A stretch of 64,000 nt of DNA from an uncultured Mycoplasmatota bacterium (GCA_947649365.1 CANSRH010000004.1:19586-83585); one strand, 5' to 3'. Positions 1 through 10,757 are shown, counted from the first letter of the stretch. Made by a program: numbers and translations. Notes: generated by a model not told the origin, from the sequence alone.

Positions 1-2
1 GA

Positions 3-563
3 GAAATAAGATTATCTGAAAGAAGATTTTATCAAAAAGTTACAGATATTTATGCGACTAGCATAGACTATGATTCTAAATCTCCAACAACTATTAAGTT
101 CTTTAAAAAAGTACAGAATAAAATGCACTATGCAGTAACCCATCGTACTGCAGCAGAAATCATTTATAATCGAGCTGATAGTAAAAAAGATTATATGGGA
201 TTAACATCTTGGAAAAGCGGTCCTAATGGTAAAATATTAGAAACAGATGTAACAATTGCCAAAAATTATTTAAGTAAAGACGAATTGGAAAGTTTAGAAC
301 TTATTGTTTCAGCATTTTTAGATTTAGCGGAAAACAGAGCAAAAAGACATATTCCAATGACAATGGAAGATTGGTCCAAAAGAATAGATAAGTATTTATT
401 ATCAGATGATTTAGATGTATTAAAAGATGCAGGGAAAATATCACATGAAATTGCTTGTGACAAGGCTTTATCTGAATTTGAAAAATATAGGGTTATTCAA
501 GATAAAATATTCGAATCAGACTTTGATAAATTTATTTTAGATGGGTTTGATAATGACGAATAA
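3..563 (+). CDS. RhuM (virulence RhuM family) protein, 5' end cut by window edge
   Basis: Frame is open from position 3 (EIRLSERRFYQKVTDIYATS...KVQNKMHYA...TAAEII...MGLTSWK), typical RhuM motifs; paralogue of 16369..17391. Confidence 0.85.
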   Translation, partial: EIRLSERRFYQKVTDIYATSIDYDSKSPTTIKFFKKVQNKMHYAVTHRTAAEIIYNRADSKKDYMGLTSWKSGPNGKILETDVTIAKNYLSKDELESLELIVSAFLDLAENRAKRHIPMTMEDWSKRIDKYLLSDDLDVLKDAGKISHEIACDKALSEFEKYRVIQDKIFESDFDKFILDGFDNDE

Positions 564-688
564 TTTTTTTCGTATATGTGTATCGTTATGGCACCAATTA
601 GAATGAATCTCCTTCTTTTTGACTACAACAAGATATTGTACTATAATAAAAAAGAAGGCAGAAAGCATTTCAACTAAGGAGGAGTTCC

Positions 689-985
689 ATGTCTGTAGAA
701 GATGAACTGAGATTACTTATAGGGGCTTATTTTGGCATTCAAGAAATGGACGAATACAAATTAAAAGAATATATTTTAAAAGATATAGAAGAATACATAA
801 AAAAATTTGTAGAACTTCATTCTTTAGCAAGCATTGATGTAAAAGAAATAGCAGAAGAAATCAAAGACAAAGTACCATTAAAAAGAAAACTACAAGATAG
901 TTTAATTGCATTACCTAAGATGGACGGTCCTCTGGATTTAATTTTAATGATAAAAGAAAAATTAAACGAACAAAGCGAAAATTAA
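689..985 (+). CDS. hypothetical protein (98 aa)
   Basis: Strong RBS AAGGAGGAG before ATG; no recognised motif. Confidence 0.7.
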   Translation: MSVEDELRLLIGAYFGIQEMDEYKLKEYILKDIEEYIKKFVELHSLASIDVKEIAEEIKDKVPLKRKLQDSLIALPKMDGPLDLILMIKEKLNEQSEN

Positions 986-993
986 TTTTTTAT

Positions 994-1069
994 TGCCCTA
1001 TAGCCAAGCGGTAAGGCATCGGATTCTGACTCCGACATTCCGTAGGTTCGAATCCTACTGGGGCAGCCA
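994..1069 (+). tRNA. tRNA-Gln(CTG)
   Basis: Acceptor TGCCCTA/TGGGGCA, D-arm TAGCCAAGCGGTAAGGC, anticodon arm TCGGA-TTCTGAC-TCCGA, T-loop GTTCGAATC, encoded CCA. Confidence 0.97.
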
Positions 1070-1080
1070 AGTTGAAAATT

Positions 1081-1110
1081 AAGATAGAATACTACTATCT
1101 TTTTCTTTTT
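1081..1110 (+). terminator. intrinsic terminator after tRNA-Gln
   Basis: AAGATAG-n7-CTATCTT hairpin followed by a T-rich tract. Confidence 0.55.
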
Positions 1111-1137
1111 CTCATATTTTTTAATAGAGGTGAGAAA

Positions 1138-2085
1138 ATGGATTATAAGTATTATCACTCCAAAGACAACAATGGAAAAGAGGATTACGGACTCAAATAT
1201 ATAGATAAATATGGATATGGGTACCAATGTACCAAATACAAAATAAAATTTCCAGAACAACATCAGAATAGACAACCAGGTATGGAATATGTAATGGACC
1301 CCAAACCTATTTTTGACAATCCTAATTACAAAGCAGCAGGGAAATTAGAAGGGAAAGTAGCAATCATTACAGGAGGAGACTCAGGAATAGGTCGAGCAGT
1401 TGCAATAAGTTATGTAAAAGAAGGAGCAAAAGTAGTCATTGTTTATTTCGATGAACATAAAGATGCCGATGATACCAAACATTATATCCATTCTTTAGGG
1501 GGAGAATGTTTACTAATTGCAGGAGATGTAAAAAACAAGAGATTCTGTGATTATGTTGTAAAAGAAACAATCGATCATTATGGAAAATTAGACATTTTGG
1601 TGAACAATGCAGGAGTCCAATTTCAACAAAAAAGTTTATTAGACATCAGTGATGAACAATTTGACTATACAATGAAAACCAATATCTATTCCATGTTTTA
1701 TTTAACAAAAAGTGCTTTAAAAGAAATGCAGCCTGGGGCAAGCATAATCAATGTCACATCCATTACAACGTTTATGGGAGAACCAGAACTCATTGATTAT
1801 GTAACCAGTAAAGGTGCTATCGTTGGATTCACAAGAAGTTTAGCTACTAACTTAGCAGACAAAAACATTCGAGTAAATGCCATTGCTCCAGGATACGTTT
1901 GGACTCCTTTACAACCGGCGTGTTGGGACGCCAAGAAAATACCTACATTGGGTTATGATGCTCCAATGAAAAGAGCTGGAGAGCCTTATGAACTTGCTCC
2001 TATGTTTATATATCTAGCAAGTGAGGATGCTTCCTACACTACAGGACAAGTCATGCATATCAATGGTGGACTTTACAAAGGCTAA
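1138..2085 (+). CDS. SDR family oxidoreductase (YdaD/YhxC/general stress protein 39-like)
   Basis: TGGDSGIG, NNAG and YxxxK (YVTSK) motifs, N-terminal QHQNRQPGME; start moved to ATG 1138 after RBS GAGGTG. Confidence 0.9.
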   Translation: MDYKYYHSKDNNGKEDYGLKYIDKYGYGYQCTKYKIKFPEQHQNRQPGMEYVMDPKPIFDNPNYKAAGKLEGKVAIITGGDSGIGRAVAISYVKEGAKVVIVYFDEHKDADDTKHYIHSLGGECLLIAGDVKNKRFCDYVVKETIDHYGKLDILVNNAGVQFQQKSLLDISDEQFDYTMKTNIYSMFYLTKSALKEMQPGASIINVTSITTFMGEPELIDYVTSKGAIVGFTRSLATNLADKNIRVNAIAPGYVWTPLQPACWDAKKIPTLGYDAPMKRAGEPYELAPMFIYLASEDASYTTGQVMHINGGLYKG

Positions 2086-2172
2086 GAAAAAGACGCTTGG
2101 TTTTTTTCGTTATTTCTCTTTTTTTTTCTTTCATATACATAATGTAGAACAAAGAAAAGAGGAACCATTTTC

Positions 2173-2967
2173 ATGGACAAGTGTATTTTAGAATTAACAA
2201 AGCAAGAGAGAAGAAAAATAAAGCATTTCATAGAACAAATAAAAAAGAAAACAGAAAATTCTTTAAAACAATTAGAAAGACAAGACAAAATGAAAGAATA
2301 CCAAAAAGAATTAGAGAAAAATAAAGAAAAAAGAATTTTATGTTTAGAAGAAAATAGAACAAGAAAAATAAAAGATCAAGTTTTTGATAAATTCATGAAA
2401 GAATATGAAAAAGATGGCTACGAACTAGAATTAAAGATTGCCATAACAGAAGAAGAATTAGCCAAAAAAAGTTTTTATCTTAAAAGAATCAATTGTCTAC
2501 TTTTGATTTTTGGTTTTTTGGATGGGATTAAAACAATGGTAATAACCAATTCAACAGGAGAAAAAAGATTCTTGTCTTTGGAAGATATGTCTGTTGTATT
2601 TTTAGATATTTTAATGGAAGAAGAAAAGGAACTACTCGAAAAAAATCATAAAAAATTCCAGCTTCGTATGCTAATCAATAGCATCAAAGAAAATCCATTG
2701 GAAGTAAATCATCCCTATTATTTATCCGAAGAAGAAAAACTAGAAACCTATTCCAAAATTTTAGAAATGGAGGCAAAAAGAAAAAAATTAGAACATTTTC
2801 AAAATGATTCTATTTCTATTTCCATGCTGTGTGTTCGTGATTTCCTAAGTACAAATAGAGATGAAATTATTAACCATCTTTTTGGTGAAGAGCAACCAGA
2901 AAGAAAAATAGAAAAACAAAAGGAATACTCTAAAAGTGATGCGAACACTACAGAAATCAAAAAATAA
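2173..2967 (+). CDS. hypothetical protein, charged/coiled-coil
   Basis: 264 aa ORF with RBS GAGGA; no recognised motif. Confidence 0.7.
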   Translation: MDKCILELTKQERRKIKHFIEQIKKKTENSLKQLERQDKMKEYQKELEKNKEKRILCLEENRTRKIKDQVFDKFMKEYEKDGYELELKIAITEEELAKKSFYLKRINCLLLIFGFLDGIKTMVITNSTGEKRFLSLEDMSVVFLDILMEEEKELLEKNHKKFQLRMLINSIKENPLEVNHPYYLSEEEKLETYSKILEMEAKRKKLEHFQNDSISISMLCVRDFLSTNRDEIINHLFGEEQPERKIEKQKEYSKSDANTTEIKK

Positions 2968-2981
2968 AAAGGCAGAGTAGG

Positions 2982-5447
2982 TTACGCTGGATTTTCTAAT
3001 TTTAAAATTGGAACCATTGGTGTTTCAGGATTTTCGCTCTCATTATTAAAAAAATGGTTTGATTGTAAATGATTAAAATAAGTAACAATATCGGATTCTA
3101 TTTTGAATAAAAAAGACTCTACGTAAGACGATTGTTTTAACTTCTCTAAATAAATACTTGTTTCTTCTGCATTTCGAAGGAGTAAACTTTGACACAATTG
3201 GAGCGTCGTGGTATAGATTTCAAATGCTTGTTTTTCTGTTTTTCTCCCCATTAAAATAGCAAATTGCGTTTCAATAATAGGAAGTAAATCATCTCTCGCA
3301 ATCGTTAATGCTTTCAATGTTAAAGAATGATTTCGAATCATTTGATTTAGATCCAATAGTTGTTGTTTTATTACTATATTCGAAGTAGCAAAAGTCTCCT
3401 GTTTATCTTTTAAAGCATTTAAATAAGTATCATGAGATAAAAGATCTGCATATTGAAACTCATCCGTAGGATTTATTTCTTGTTTTTCTACTTCTAAAAC
3501 AACATTTTGTATGGCTAACAAATGGGCATAGTTTTTTTTGTGATAAACTCCCAAATAATTTAAAACATTATTATAAGCAATCAATTCTTGAGACAAATTG
3601 GCAATACTTTGGTTGATTGCTTTTGCAAGGTCATGTGTTAAGGGTTCTTGCTTCTTATTAAATACAGATTGTAACTTGATAAACAAATTCCATTTAGAAA
3701 AGAATAATTTGGGGTTATCAGAAGAAATCAACATTTTTTTAGAAACTTGATTGACGAGCGAAATTGCACTAGGAGCCGATTCAGTTAAATATAATTTTGG
3801 TAGTTCCTTATTAATAAATAGAGAATGAGAAGTAAGAGCATTCCCAAATGTAATAATCGTATCAAAGTTATGAATATCAATTTTTGGAATTTCGATATCA
3901 TAAAGTAAAGAAAAATACTCCTGTAAAGTTAATTCTTGTTTTTGTTCTTTTCCTGTTAGAATTTCTTCTTTTAGTAAAGCATAAGATTCTCCGAAATGTG
4001 CCATTATTTTTTCTAGAACAACACTATCATTAATAGTAGAATCAAAAATGTTTTTGATAAGTTCGTGTAACGTAATATACTTATTATCTTGAAATTTTAG
4101 GTATTTTAAATAATGAGTAAATAAAATATCATAATCTACTTTAACTGTTTCTAAATGTTGAAAAAGAGAAGAGGGAAAGTTACAGCAAGCGAGAATATTT
4201 TCTAACGACATGCCATTTTTTTGAAAGAAATATAGAAAATCACCAGAAGAGTGAAAAAGGGCAATCAACATAGATAGTTCCTGAATATCCTCTTTTGCTT
4301 CTAAAATAGTTGTATGATCATCATTCGCTTGCATGTGATTTTCTAGTATCATGTGTACACGCGAAACATTCTCTAAATAGGTTTGAATATCCATTCCATA
4401 ATCTTTAATAATGGCTTGCATTTTCTCTTGTTGAAATTTTTTTCTTTCCTTTTTAGATATATCATTCGTATCTTTTAAAATATCAATGTCTTGATACATG
4501 GCAGAAAAAAGTTTTTCTAAGGCAATACTTTTGGTAAACTCTCTTTTTCGTAAATCATTTACAATCTCATCAATTTCTATTTCTTTTTCTGTAAATTTAC
4601 TAAAAAGAGCATGGATTAGAAAGTAGTCAATTCTTTGATTTTTCTTTTCCTTTTTTAAGTTTGGAATTTTTAAAATAGAAAGAATCTGTTCTAAAGTAAT
4701 TTCATAATGAGAGAAATAATAAACAAGTATCTCTTGTTCACTGATATGAATTGTATTTTCTTCACAGAAAAAAATTCCTAAGAATAAAGAAAGAACAATA
4801 GTATCTTCCTCTTTCAAAATATACTTAAAAAGATTGGTGTTTCGATTTGATTTGTTTTCATCTAAAAACTGATAAATCTGAGAAGCATTCTCTAGATAGT
4901 GAATGGTATCGATGGGTAAATCTTCACAAATCTTTTCTTGTACAACTCCCATTTTCTCTTTTTCTTCCATTTCACAGAAAAGTTTAAGATTGTTAGCAAA
5001 ATTTTTCTTATTTTCAAAAGTTTCAAAAAGGCTAAGAATTATATCATCAGCAGTGCAAGTATCTAAACCCGATTGTAAAAAAAAGTTTACAATCGTCGCT
5101 GGTGTTAAGGCTTGGTATTCGAACTCATAAGCGTACATACAAAATAAATAGGAATATTTTTTAAATAAGTCTTCTTCATTTGAATTCTCATATGGACTAG
5201 TATTAATTTTTATTTTAGTAATATCAAAATGGTATTTCGTTAATAAGGAAGCATATAACGAATTCGTAGTATAAAAAGTATGAAGCAAAACAGCTAAAAT
5301 AATTGAGCTTTGATTTGTTTCACGATAATCAGAAATACGAATTTCTCCTTTAGCTAGAAAGTCTTCTAAAATAGGTAAAGTCCTATTGACATATAAAAAT
5401 GTTTCTTTTGGAACTGATTTTTCGAACTTTTTATAGGTTAAAAGCAT
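2982..5447 (-). CDS. large protein with repeated Clp-N-like helical units and a TelA-like (toxic anion resistance) C-terminal domain
   Basis: Start moved to ATG 5447 (RBS AAGGA); internal repeats YLENAS..EDTIVLSLFLGIF / YLENVS..EDIQELSMLIALF; C-terminus IDIHNFDTIITFG...QQLLDLNQMIRNH...LLPIIETQFAI resembles TelA. Confidence 0.5.
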   Translation of the reverse strand: MLLTYKKFEKSVPKETFLYVNRTLPILEDFLAKGEIRISDYRETNQSSIILAVLLHTFYTTNSLYASLLTKYHFDITKIKINTSPYENSNEEDLFKKYSYLFCMYAYEFEYQALTPATIVNFFLQSGLDTCTADDIILSLFETFENKKNFANNLKLFCEMEEKEKMGVVQEKICEDLPIDTIHYLENASQIYQFLDENKSNRNTNLFKYILKEEDTIVLSLFLGIFFCEENTIHISEQEILVYYFSHYEITLEQILSILKIPNLKKEKKNQRIDYFLIHALFSKFTEKEIEIDEIVNDLRKREFTKSIALEKLFSAMYQDIDILKDTNDISKKERKKFQQEKMQAIIKDYGMDIQTYLENVSRVHMILENHMQANDDHTTILEAKEDIQELSMLIALFHSSGDFLYFFQKNGMSLENILACCNFPSSLFQHLETVKVDYDILFTHYLKYLKFQDNKYITLHELIKNIFDSTINDSVVLEKIMAHFGESYALLKEEILTGKEQKQELTLQEYFSLLYDIEIPKIDIHNFDTIITFGNALTSHSLFINKELPKLYLTESAPSAISLVNQVSKKMLISSDNPKLFFSKWNLFIKLQSVFNKKQEPLTHDLAKAINQSIANLSQELIAYNNVLNYLGVYHKKNYAHLLAIQNVVLEVEKQEINPTDEFQYADLLSHDTYLNALKDKQETFATSNIVIKQQLLDLNQMIRNHSLTLKALTIARDDLLPIIETQFAILMGRKTEKQAFEIYTTTLQLCQSLLLRNAEETSIYLEKLKQSSYVESFLFKIESDIVTYFNHLQSNHFFNNESENPETPMVPILKLENPA

Positions 5448-5510
5448 AATGATTCCTTCTTTCGAAAGTGTATTATACCACAAATCTCTTTCTTTTTTAA
5501 TTTTTCTCTA

Positions 5511-5543
5511 AGTCACTTACGAGTCACAAATCTTCCATATACT
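5511..5543 (+). promoter_or_regulatory. tandem direct repeat AGTCAC-N5-AGTCAC plus -10 TATACT upstream of ABC operon
   Basis: 11-bp period repeat (5511, 5522) at the -35 position, -10 at 5538-5543; OmpR-family operator geometry. Confidence 0.45.
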
Positions 5544-5567
5544 TATCTTGAAAGGAAAGAAAAATAT

Positions 5568-6248
5568 ATGGAAATATTAAAAGTGGAAAATTTAACCAAA
5601 ACTTATAAAAGCGGAGAAGCAGAAGTAAACGCCGTTGACAACATCTCGTTTTCAATCGAAAAAGGAGAATTTGTTGCCATTGTAGGGGCAAGTGGAAGTG
5701 GAAAATCCACACTTCTCCATCTACTTGGTGGAGTAGATCGACCAACCAGTGGAAAAGTATACATTGATGGAAAAGACATTTATTCTTTGGATGACGATGC
5801 TCTAGCCATATTTAGGAGAAGACAAATAGGAATTATTTATCAATTTTATAACCTAATTCCTATATTAAATGTCACAGAAAATATTCTCTTGCCGTGCGAT
5901 TTAGACAACACGAACATTGGAAAAGAACGATTGAAAGAAGTATTAGAAACACTTAACTTAAACAACAGAAAAAATCATTTGCCCAACGAGTTATCAGGAG
6001 GACAACAACAAAGAGTATCGATTGGTCGAGCAATCATTAACAATCCAGCAATTGTATTAGCAGACGAACCCACAGGAAATCTAGACTCCAAAGCAAGTGA
6101 TGAAATTGTATCCTTATTAAAAATGTCAAACAAAAAATACAATCAAACAATAGTGATTATCACTCATGATTTAGAAATTGCTAGTGTAGCAGACCGAATT
6201 ATTACCATCGATGACGGAAAAATAATAAAGGATGAGAAAATCGCATGA
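5568..6248 (+). CDS. ABC transporter ATP-binding protein (LolD/MacB/SalX type)
   Basis: GASGSGKST, LSGGQQQRV, ADEPTGNLD. Confidence 0.95.
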   Translation: MEILKVENLTKTYKSGEAEVNAVDNISFSIEKGEFVAIVGASGSGKSTLLHLLGGVDRPTSGKVYIDGKDIYSLDDDALAIFRRRQIGIIYQFYNLIPILNVTENILLPCDLDNTNIGKERLKEVLETLNLNNRKNHLPNELSGGQQQRVSIGRAIINNPAIVLADEPTGNLDSKASDEIVSLLKMSNKKYNQTIVIITHDLEIASVADRIITIDDGKIIKDEKIA

Positions 6249-8800
6249 ATAGTTTAAAACAATTAACCAAACGAAATTTGACATTGAACAAAAAAAGAAC
6301 CATTGTCACTGTGATAGGGATTATTTTGTCTACGGCTTTAATTGTTTGTGTATCTGGAATGGTTACAAGCTTTCAACAAACTTTAATCAATGATACCATT
6401 AAAGAAGATGGTTACTATCATGTAGAAATAAAAAATCTAAAAAAAGAAGATATTTTAACATTAGAAAACAATCGAGACATAGAAGACTATTATATTAGTA
6501 GTGAAATTGGTTATGCCACATTCCCGTCTAACAATCAATTTAAACCTTACTTATACATCAATGCATACAATGAAAAAGCACTAAAACATTTAGGATTGCA
6601 AGTAAAAGAAGGAAGACTCCCTGAAAATAAAAATGAAATCGTTATTTCTAATCATGCCATCGATGATGGAAACTTTAAAGGAAAAATCGGGGATGTCATC
6701 ACGCTTCCAATAGGAACACGAACCATTACGAAAGAAGGAGAATCTTTTTCTTTAAACCAAAACAATCCTTTAGTAACAAAAGAAACAGAAAAAGAAAACG
6801 GGGAAATCTACGAACAATCGATAGAAACATTTACAAAGAAAGAAGAAAAATCTTATACGATTGTAGGAATCATAGAAAGACCGGGATATGGAGTAGAATC
6901 AACAACTGCTCCAGGGTACACATGCATTACATACACAGATGAAATCCATGAAAAAGGGAATGCCTTTGTTCTCTTTAAAAATGCGAAAAACTATACAGAA
7001 AAAACAGAAAATATAACAAAAGACAAATATGACTATCAATACAATGCAAGTTATTTGCGATGGCTTGGCGTAACCGATAGTGAAACGATGAATGCTTTGT
7101 ACGTTGTCGCAGGAGTAGTCATTGGTATTATTATTCTATCAAGTGTATTTGTAATCAAAAATAGTTTTGCTATTTCCATAACAGAAAAATACAAAATGTA
7201 TGGAATGTTAAGAAGTGTGGGAGCAACCAGCAAGCAAATCAAGAAAAATGTTTTGTACGAAGGAGTTTTGTTAGGACTCATTGCTATACCCATTGGAATT
7301 TTATGTGGAATCATTGCAATTGTTACTCTAGTATTCTTAATCAACTGGATTTTAGGGGACTATCTTGCAGGAATTAAATTTGTCTATAGTATTCCTTTCC
7401 TACCAATTGTCTTATCCATTCTGTTAGCAAGTCTAACCATTTACTTATCAACGATATTTATTGCTAAAAGAGCAGGAAAAATCTCTGCAATTGATGCTAT
7501 CCGTAGCAATAACGACATCAAAATAAAAAGCAAAAAACTACGTACACCTTTTTGGATTAAAAAATTATTTAAAACAGGCGGGGTCATTGCCTATAAAAAC
7601 GTAAAACGAAACAAAAAGAAATATCGTACAACAGTCATATCTATTGTTGTAAGTATAGTCGTCTTTCTTTCCTTATCCTCATTTATCGACTTTGGATTTA
7701 AATTGGCAGGAGTATATTATGCAGATATGGATTACAACATGTACATTTATTCCACAGGAAGTACCTATTCCATACGTTATGAAAATTTGAAACAAATAGC
7801 GGAACTGGACTTAATTGAACGATATAGCATTATAAGAAGCGATAGTTTATTGGTATCAGAAGACATTTATTCGGATTTTGGACGCGAAATAGTAAAACTT
7901 TATGGTTTAGATAATGATGCAAATAGAATGGAAAGAACCATTAGTGTAGTTGCGTTAGGAGCACAAGAATACCAAAGATATCTAAAAGAAATAGGAGTAA
8001 AAGAAAACAAACCAATTGGTATTTTACTAGATGAATTGAAAGAAACAATTAACAAAAAGAATTACATAGGAAACATGTACAACTTAAAAAATCATGAACG
8101 ATTAAAAGGAAGTACAATCGTTGGAAACAAAAACTTAGAAATTGAAATCATAAGAAGTGAAAAAAGACCAATGGGATTAGAACGTAGTTATTCCTTCGGT
8201 GGTTATCTAATTGTAAGTGATGAAATCTTTGATAATCTATTTGAAGAAACATATGCAACCATGTATGTAAAAGCAAAAGATGCAAAACAATTAGAAATGC
8301 AAATTGAAACCTTAAAAAAAGAAAAAGAAGAATGGAAAAATCTATATGCAAACAATATCGAAGAAGAAATAAAACAACAAAATGCAATGGTACTTATTGT
8401 ATCCATCTTCTTGTATGGATTTATTACAGTCATTAGTCTTATTGGAATTACCAATATCTTTAACACCATTACGACCAATATGAATTTACGAAGCAAAGAA
8501 TTTGCCATGTTAAAAAGTATAGGGATGACAAAAAAAGAATTCAATCGAATGATTCGACTAGAAAGTATTTTCTATGGATTAAAATCCTTACTAATAGGTA
8601 TTCCATTAGGACTCATAGGTTCTTACCTCATCTACAAAGCATTTAATCAAGGCTTAGAATTTACCTATACCTTACCTGTGCGAGCATTAATGATTGCTAT
8701 ACTCTTTGTTAGTACGATGATTGGAATCATTATGAAATATTCTTTATCCAAAATCAACAAACAAAATATTATTGAAACCATAAGAAACGATAATATATAA
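6245..8800 (+). CDS. ABC transporter permease, two FtsX-like domains
   Basis: Two repeats of TM - extracellular domain - GMLRSVGAT / AMLKSIGMT plus TM helices. Confidence 0.9.
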   Translation: MNSLKQLTKRNLTLNKKRTIVTVIGIILSTALIVCVSGMVTSFQQTLINDTIKEDGYYHVEIKNLKKEDILTLENNRDIEDYYISSEIGYATFPSNNQFKPYLYINAYNEKALKHLGLQVKEGRLPENKNEIVISNHAIDDGNFKGKIGDVITLPIGTRTITKEGESFSLNQNNPLVTKETEKENGEIYEQSIETFTKKEEKSYTIVGIIERPGYGVESTTAPGYTCITYTDEIHEKGNAFVLFKNAKNYTEKTENITKDKYDYQYNASYLRWLGVTDSETMNALYVVAGVVIGIIILSSVFVIKNSFAISITEKYKMYGMLRSVGATSKQIKKNVLYEGVLLGLIAIPIGILCGIIAIVTLVFLINWILGDYLAGIKFVYSIPFLPIVLSILLASLTIYLSTIFIAKRAGKISAIDAIRSNNDIKIKSKKLRTPFWIKKLFKTGGVIAYKNVKRNKKKYRTTVISIVVSIVVFLSLSSFIDFGFKLAGVYYADMDYNMYIYSTGSTYSIRYENLKQIAELDLIERYSIIRSDSLLVSEDIYSDFGREIVKLYGLDNDANRMERTISVVALGAQEYQRYLKEIGVKENKPIGILLDELKETINKKNYIGNMYNLKNHERLKGSTIVGNKNLEIEIIRSEKRPMGLERSYSFGGYLIVSDEIFDNLFEETYATMYVKAKDAKQLEMQIETLKKEKEEWKNLYANNIEEEIKQQNAMVLIVSIFLYGFITVISLIGITNIFNTITTNMNLRSKEFAMLKSIGMTKKEFNRMIRLESIFYGLKSLLIGIPLGLIGSYLIYKAFNQGLEFTYTLPVRALMIAILFVSTMIGIIMKYSLSKINKQNIIETIRNDNI

Positions 8801-8852
8801 GGAAGACGCAAGTTTTCCTTTTTGTGTTATACTAAATAAAAAAGGAGGGCTT

Positions 8853-9515
8853 ATGAAAACCATACTTTTAGTAGAAGATAATGAAGCGATTAAAAAAGGA
8901 CTTGACTATCTTTTTATGCAAAATGATTTATTACTTTTAACCGCAGAAAGTTTAAAAAAAGCAAAAGAATACATAAACACCAAAATATTTGACCTTTTAC
9001 TACTGGATGTGACTTTACCGGATGGAGATGGATTTTCCTTTTATGAAGAAATAAAAGAACACATTCAAGTACCAGTGATATTTCTAACTGCCAAAGATTT
9101 AGAAGATGATATTGTCCATGGTTTAGAATTAGGAGCAGTAGATTACATAATAAAACCATTTCGCAATCGAGAATTACTATTACGCATCAACAATGCACTA
9201 AAATGGGAAACCAATGGAAAAAAGAAGGTATCGATAAAAGATCTTGTTATAGATTTAGAAAGCATGCAAGTTTTAAAAGAAGGAAAAGAAATAGTACTAA
9301 CCACACTAGAATACAAAATCTTTTTATATCTTGTAGAAAACAGGGGAAGAGTAGTTACAAGAGAAGCTTTAATGGACAAAATTTGGGATTTATCTGGAAA
9401 TTATGTAAATGATAACACCCTCACAGTATACATAAAGCGAATTCGTGAAAAATTAGGAAGCGATGATTATTTAAAAACCATAAAAGGAATGGGATACAGG
9501 GTGGACAAAGAATGA
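8853..9515 (+). CDS. OmpR-family response regulator
   Basis: LLVEDN, LLDVTLPDGDG, KPF, winged helix NTLTVYIKRIREKL...TIKGMGY. Confidence 0.95.
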   Translation: MKTILLVEDNEAIKKGLDYLFMQNDLLLLTAESLKKAKEYINTKIFDLLLLDVTLPDGDGFSFYEEIKEHIQVPVIFLTAKDLEDDIVHGLELGAVDYIIKPFRNRELLLRINNALKWETNGKKKVSIKDLVIDLESMQVLKEGKEIVLTTLEYKIFLYLVENRGRVVTREALMDKIWDLSGNYVNDNTLTVYIKRIREKLGSDDYLKTIKGMGYRVDKE

Positions 9516-10717
9516 GAAGTGAACGATGCAAATTATTTTTTTATGGTTTTCTTTTCCTTTGTCTCTTTGGGTTTCTAACCTGTCTTATTTCTTATGTAGA
9601 ATACACCACTTACAAAACAAGTGTAAATAACTATTTGTATGGTGTAATAGACATTTTACAAGACAAATATCCGCAGGTTACAGAAACACAAATCATAGAA
9701 CTTTTGAACGGAAAAGAAACGATTTCTTATCAAGAAAATTTGAGAAAATATGGAATAACGGAAGAAACTTCTGTATTAAAGTCTTTAGAACAAAATTATA
9801 AACTAGCATTTGTACTTAGTGGGACGCTTACTTTCTCCATTGTAGGTTGTCTAGGGGTCTGTTTTTTCTGGTATTTTTCTAAAAAAGAACAACAAATAAA
9901 AGAAATTACCAATTATATGAGAGAAATTAATCATCGCAACTATTTATTAACTATCGAAGACAATGAAGAAGGAGAACTCTCTATCTTAAAAAATGAAGTC
10001 TACAAAACGACCATTATGTTACGAGAAGAAAGTGAACTTTTAAAAAAAGAAAAATTATCTTTAAAAGACTCTATTTCAGATATTTCCCATCAACTAAAAA
10101 CACCTTTAACTTCCATTTTAATTATGTTAGATAATATTTTAGATAATCCCAAAATGGACGAAAAGACAAAACTAGATTTTATTGAAAATGTCAGACATCA
10201 AGTGGAAACCATTCATTTTTTGATTGTTTCCTTATTAAAATTATCACGAATTGATGCAGGAGTGATTGAATTTAAAAAAGAAAATATCAATTACAAAACG
10301 CTTTTAAAGAGTGCCATCAAAAATGTAGAAATTCTAAAGGAAGAAAAAAACATTACTATAAAACTAGACGTAGAAGAAACAATGTTTAAAGGAGACTATC
10401 ACTGGGAATTAGAAGCCATCACGAACATTTTAAAAAATGCCATTGAGCATTCGAAGGAAGAAGAAACAATAGAAATCAAAGTAGAAAATCATCCTTTATT
10501 TACAAAATTAACCATCAGAGACTATGGAAAAGGAATGAATAAAAAAGACTTACAAAACATCTTCAAACGCTTTTACAAAGGAGAAAATAGTAAAAGTGAT
10601 AGTATCGGAATTGGACTCAATCTCGCTAAAAATATTATAGAAAAAGATGAAGGAATGATAAAAGTAGAATCAGAATTAGGAAAAGGAACAACGTTTGAAA
10701 TAAAATTCATGAAATAA
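9512..10717 (+). CDS. sensor histidine kinase
   Basis: Two TM helices, H-box ISHQLKTPL, N box NILKNAIEH, DYGKG, GIGL. Confidence 0.95.
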   Translation: MRSERCKLFFYGFLFLCLFGFLTCLISYVEYTTYKTSVNNYLYGVIDILQDKYPQVTETQIIELLNGKETISYQENLRKYGITEETSVLKSLEQNYKLAFVLSGTLTFSIVGCLGVCFFWYFSKKEQQIKEITNYMREINHRNYLLTIEDNEEGELSILKNEVYKTTIMLREESELLKKEKLSLKDSISDISHQLKTPLTSILIMLDNILDNPKMDEKTKLDFIENVRHQVETIHFLIVSLLKLSRIDAGVIEFKKENINYKTLLKSAIKNVEILKEEKNITIKLDVEETMFKGDYHWELEAITNILKNAIEHSKEEETIEIKVENHPLFTKLTIRDYGKGMNKKDLQNIFKRFYKGENSKSDSIGIGLNLAKNIIEKDEGMIKVESELGKGTTFEIKFMK

Positions 10718-10757
10718 AATAACCAAAAAAGAGTTATAATGGATACAGGAGGTAATT

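Noticed and set aside
982-1275. Minus-strand 97-aa ORF and the 1072 TTG extension of the SDR
   Set aside because: Overlaps tRNA-Gln and its terminator; the real SDR start is ATG 1138 with an RBS
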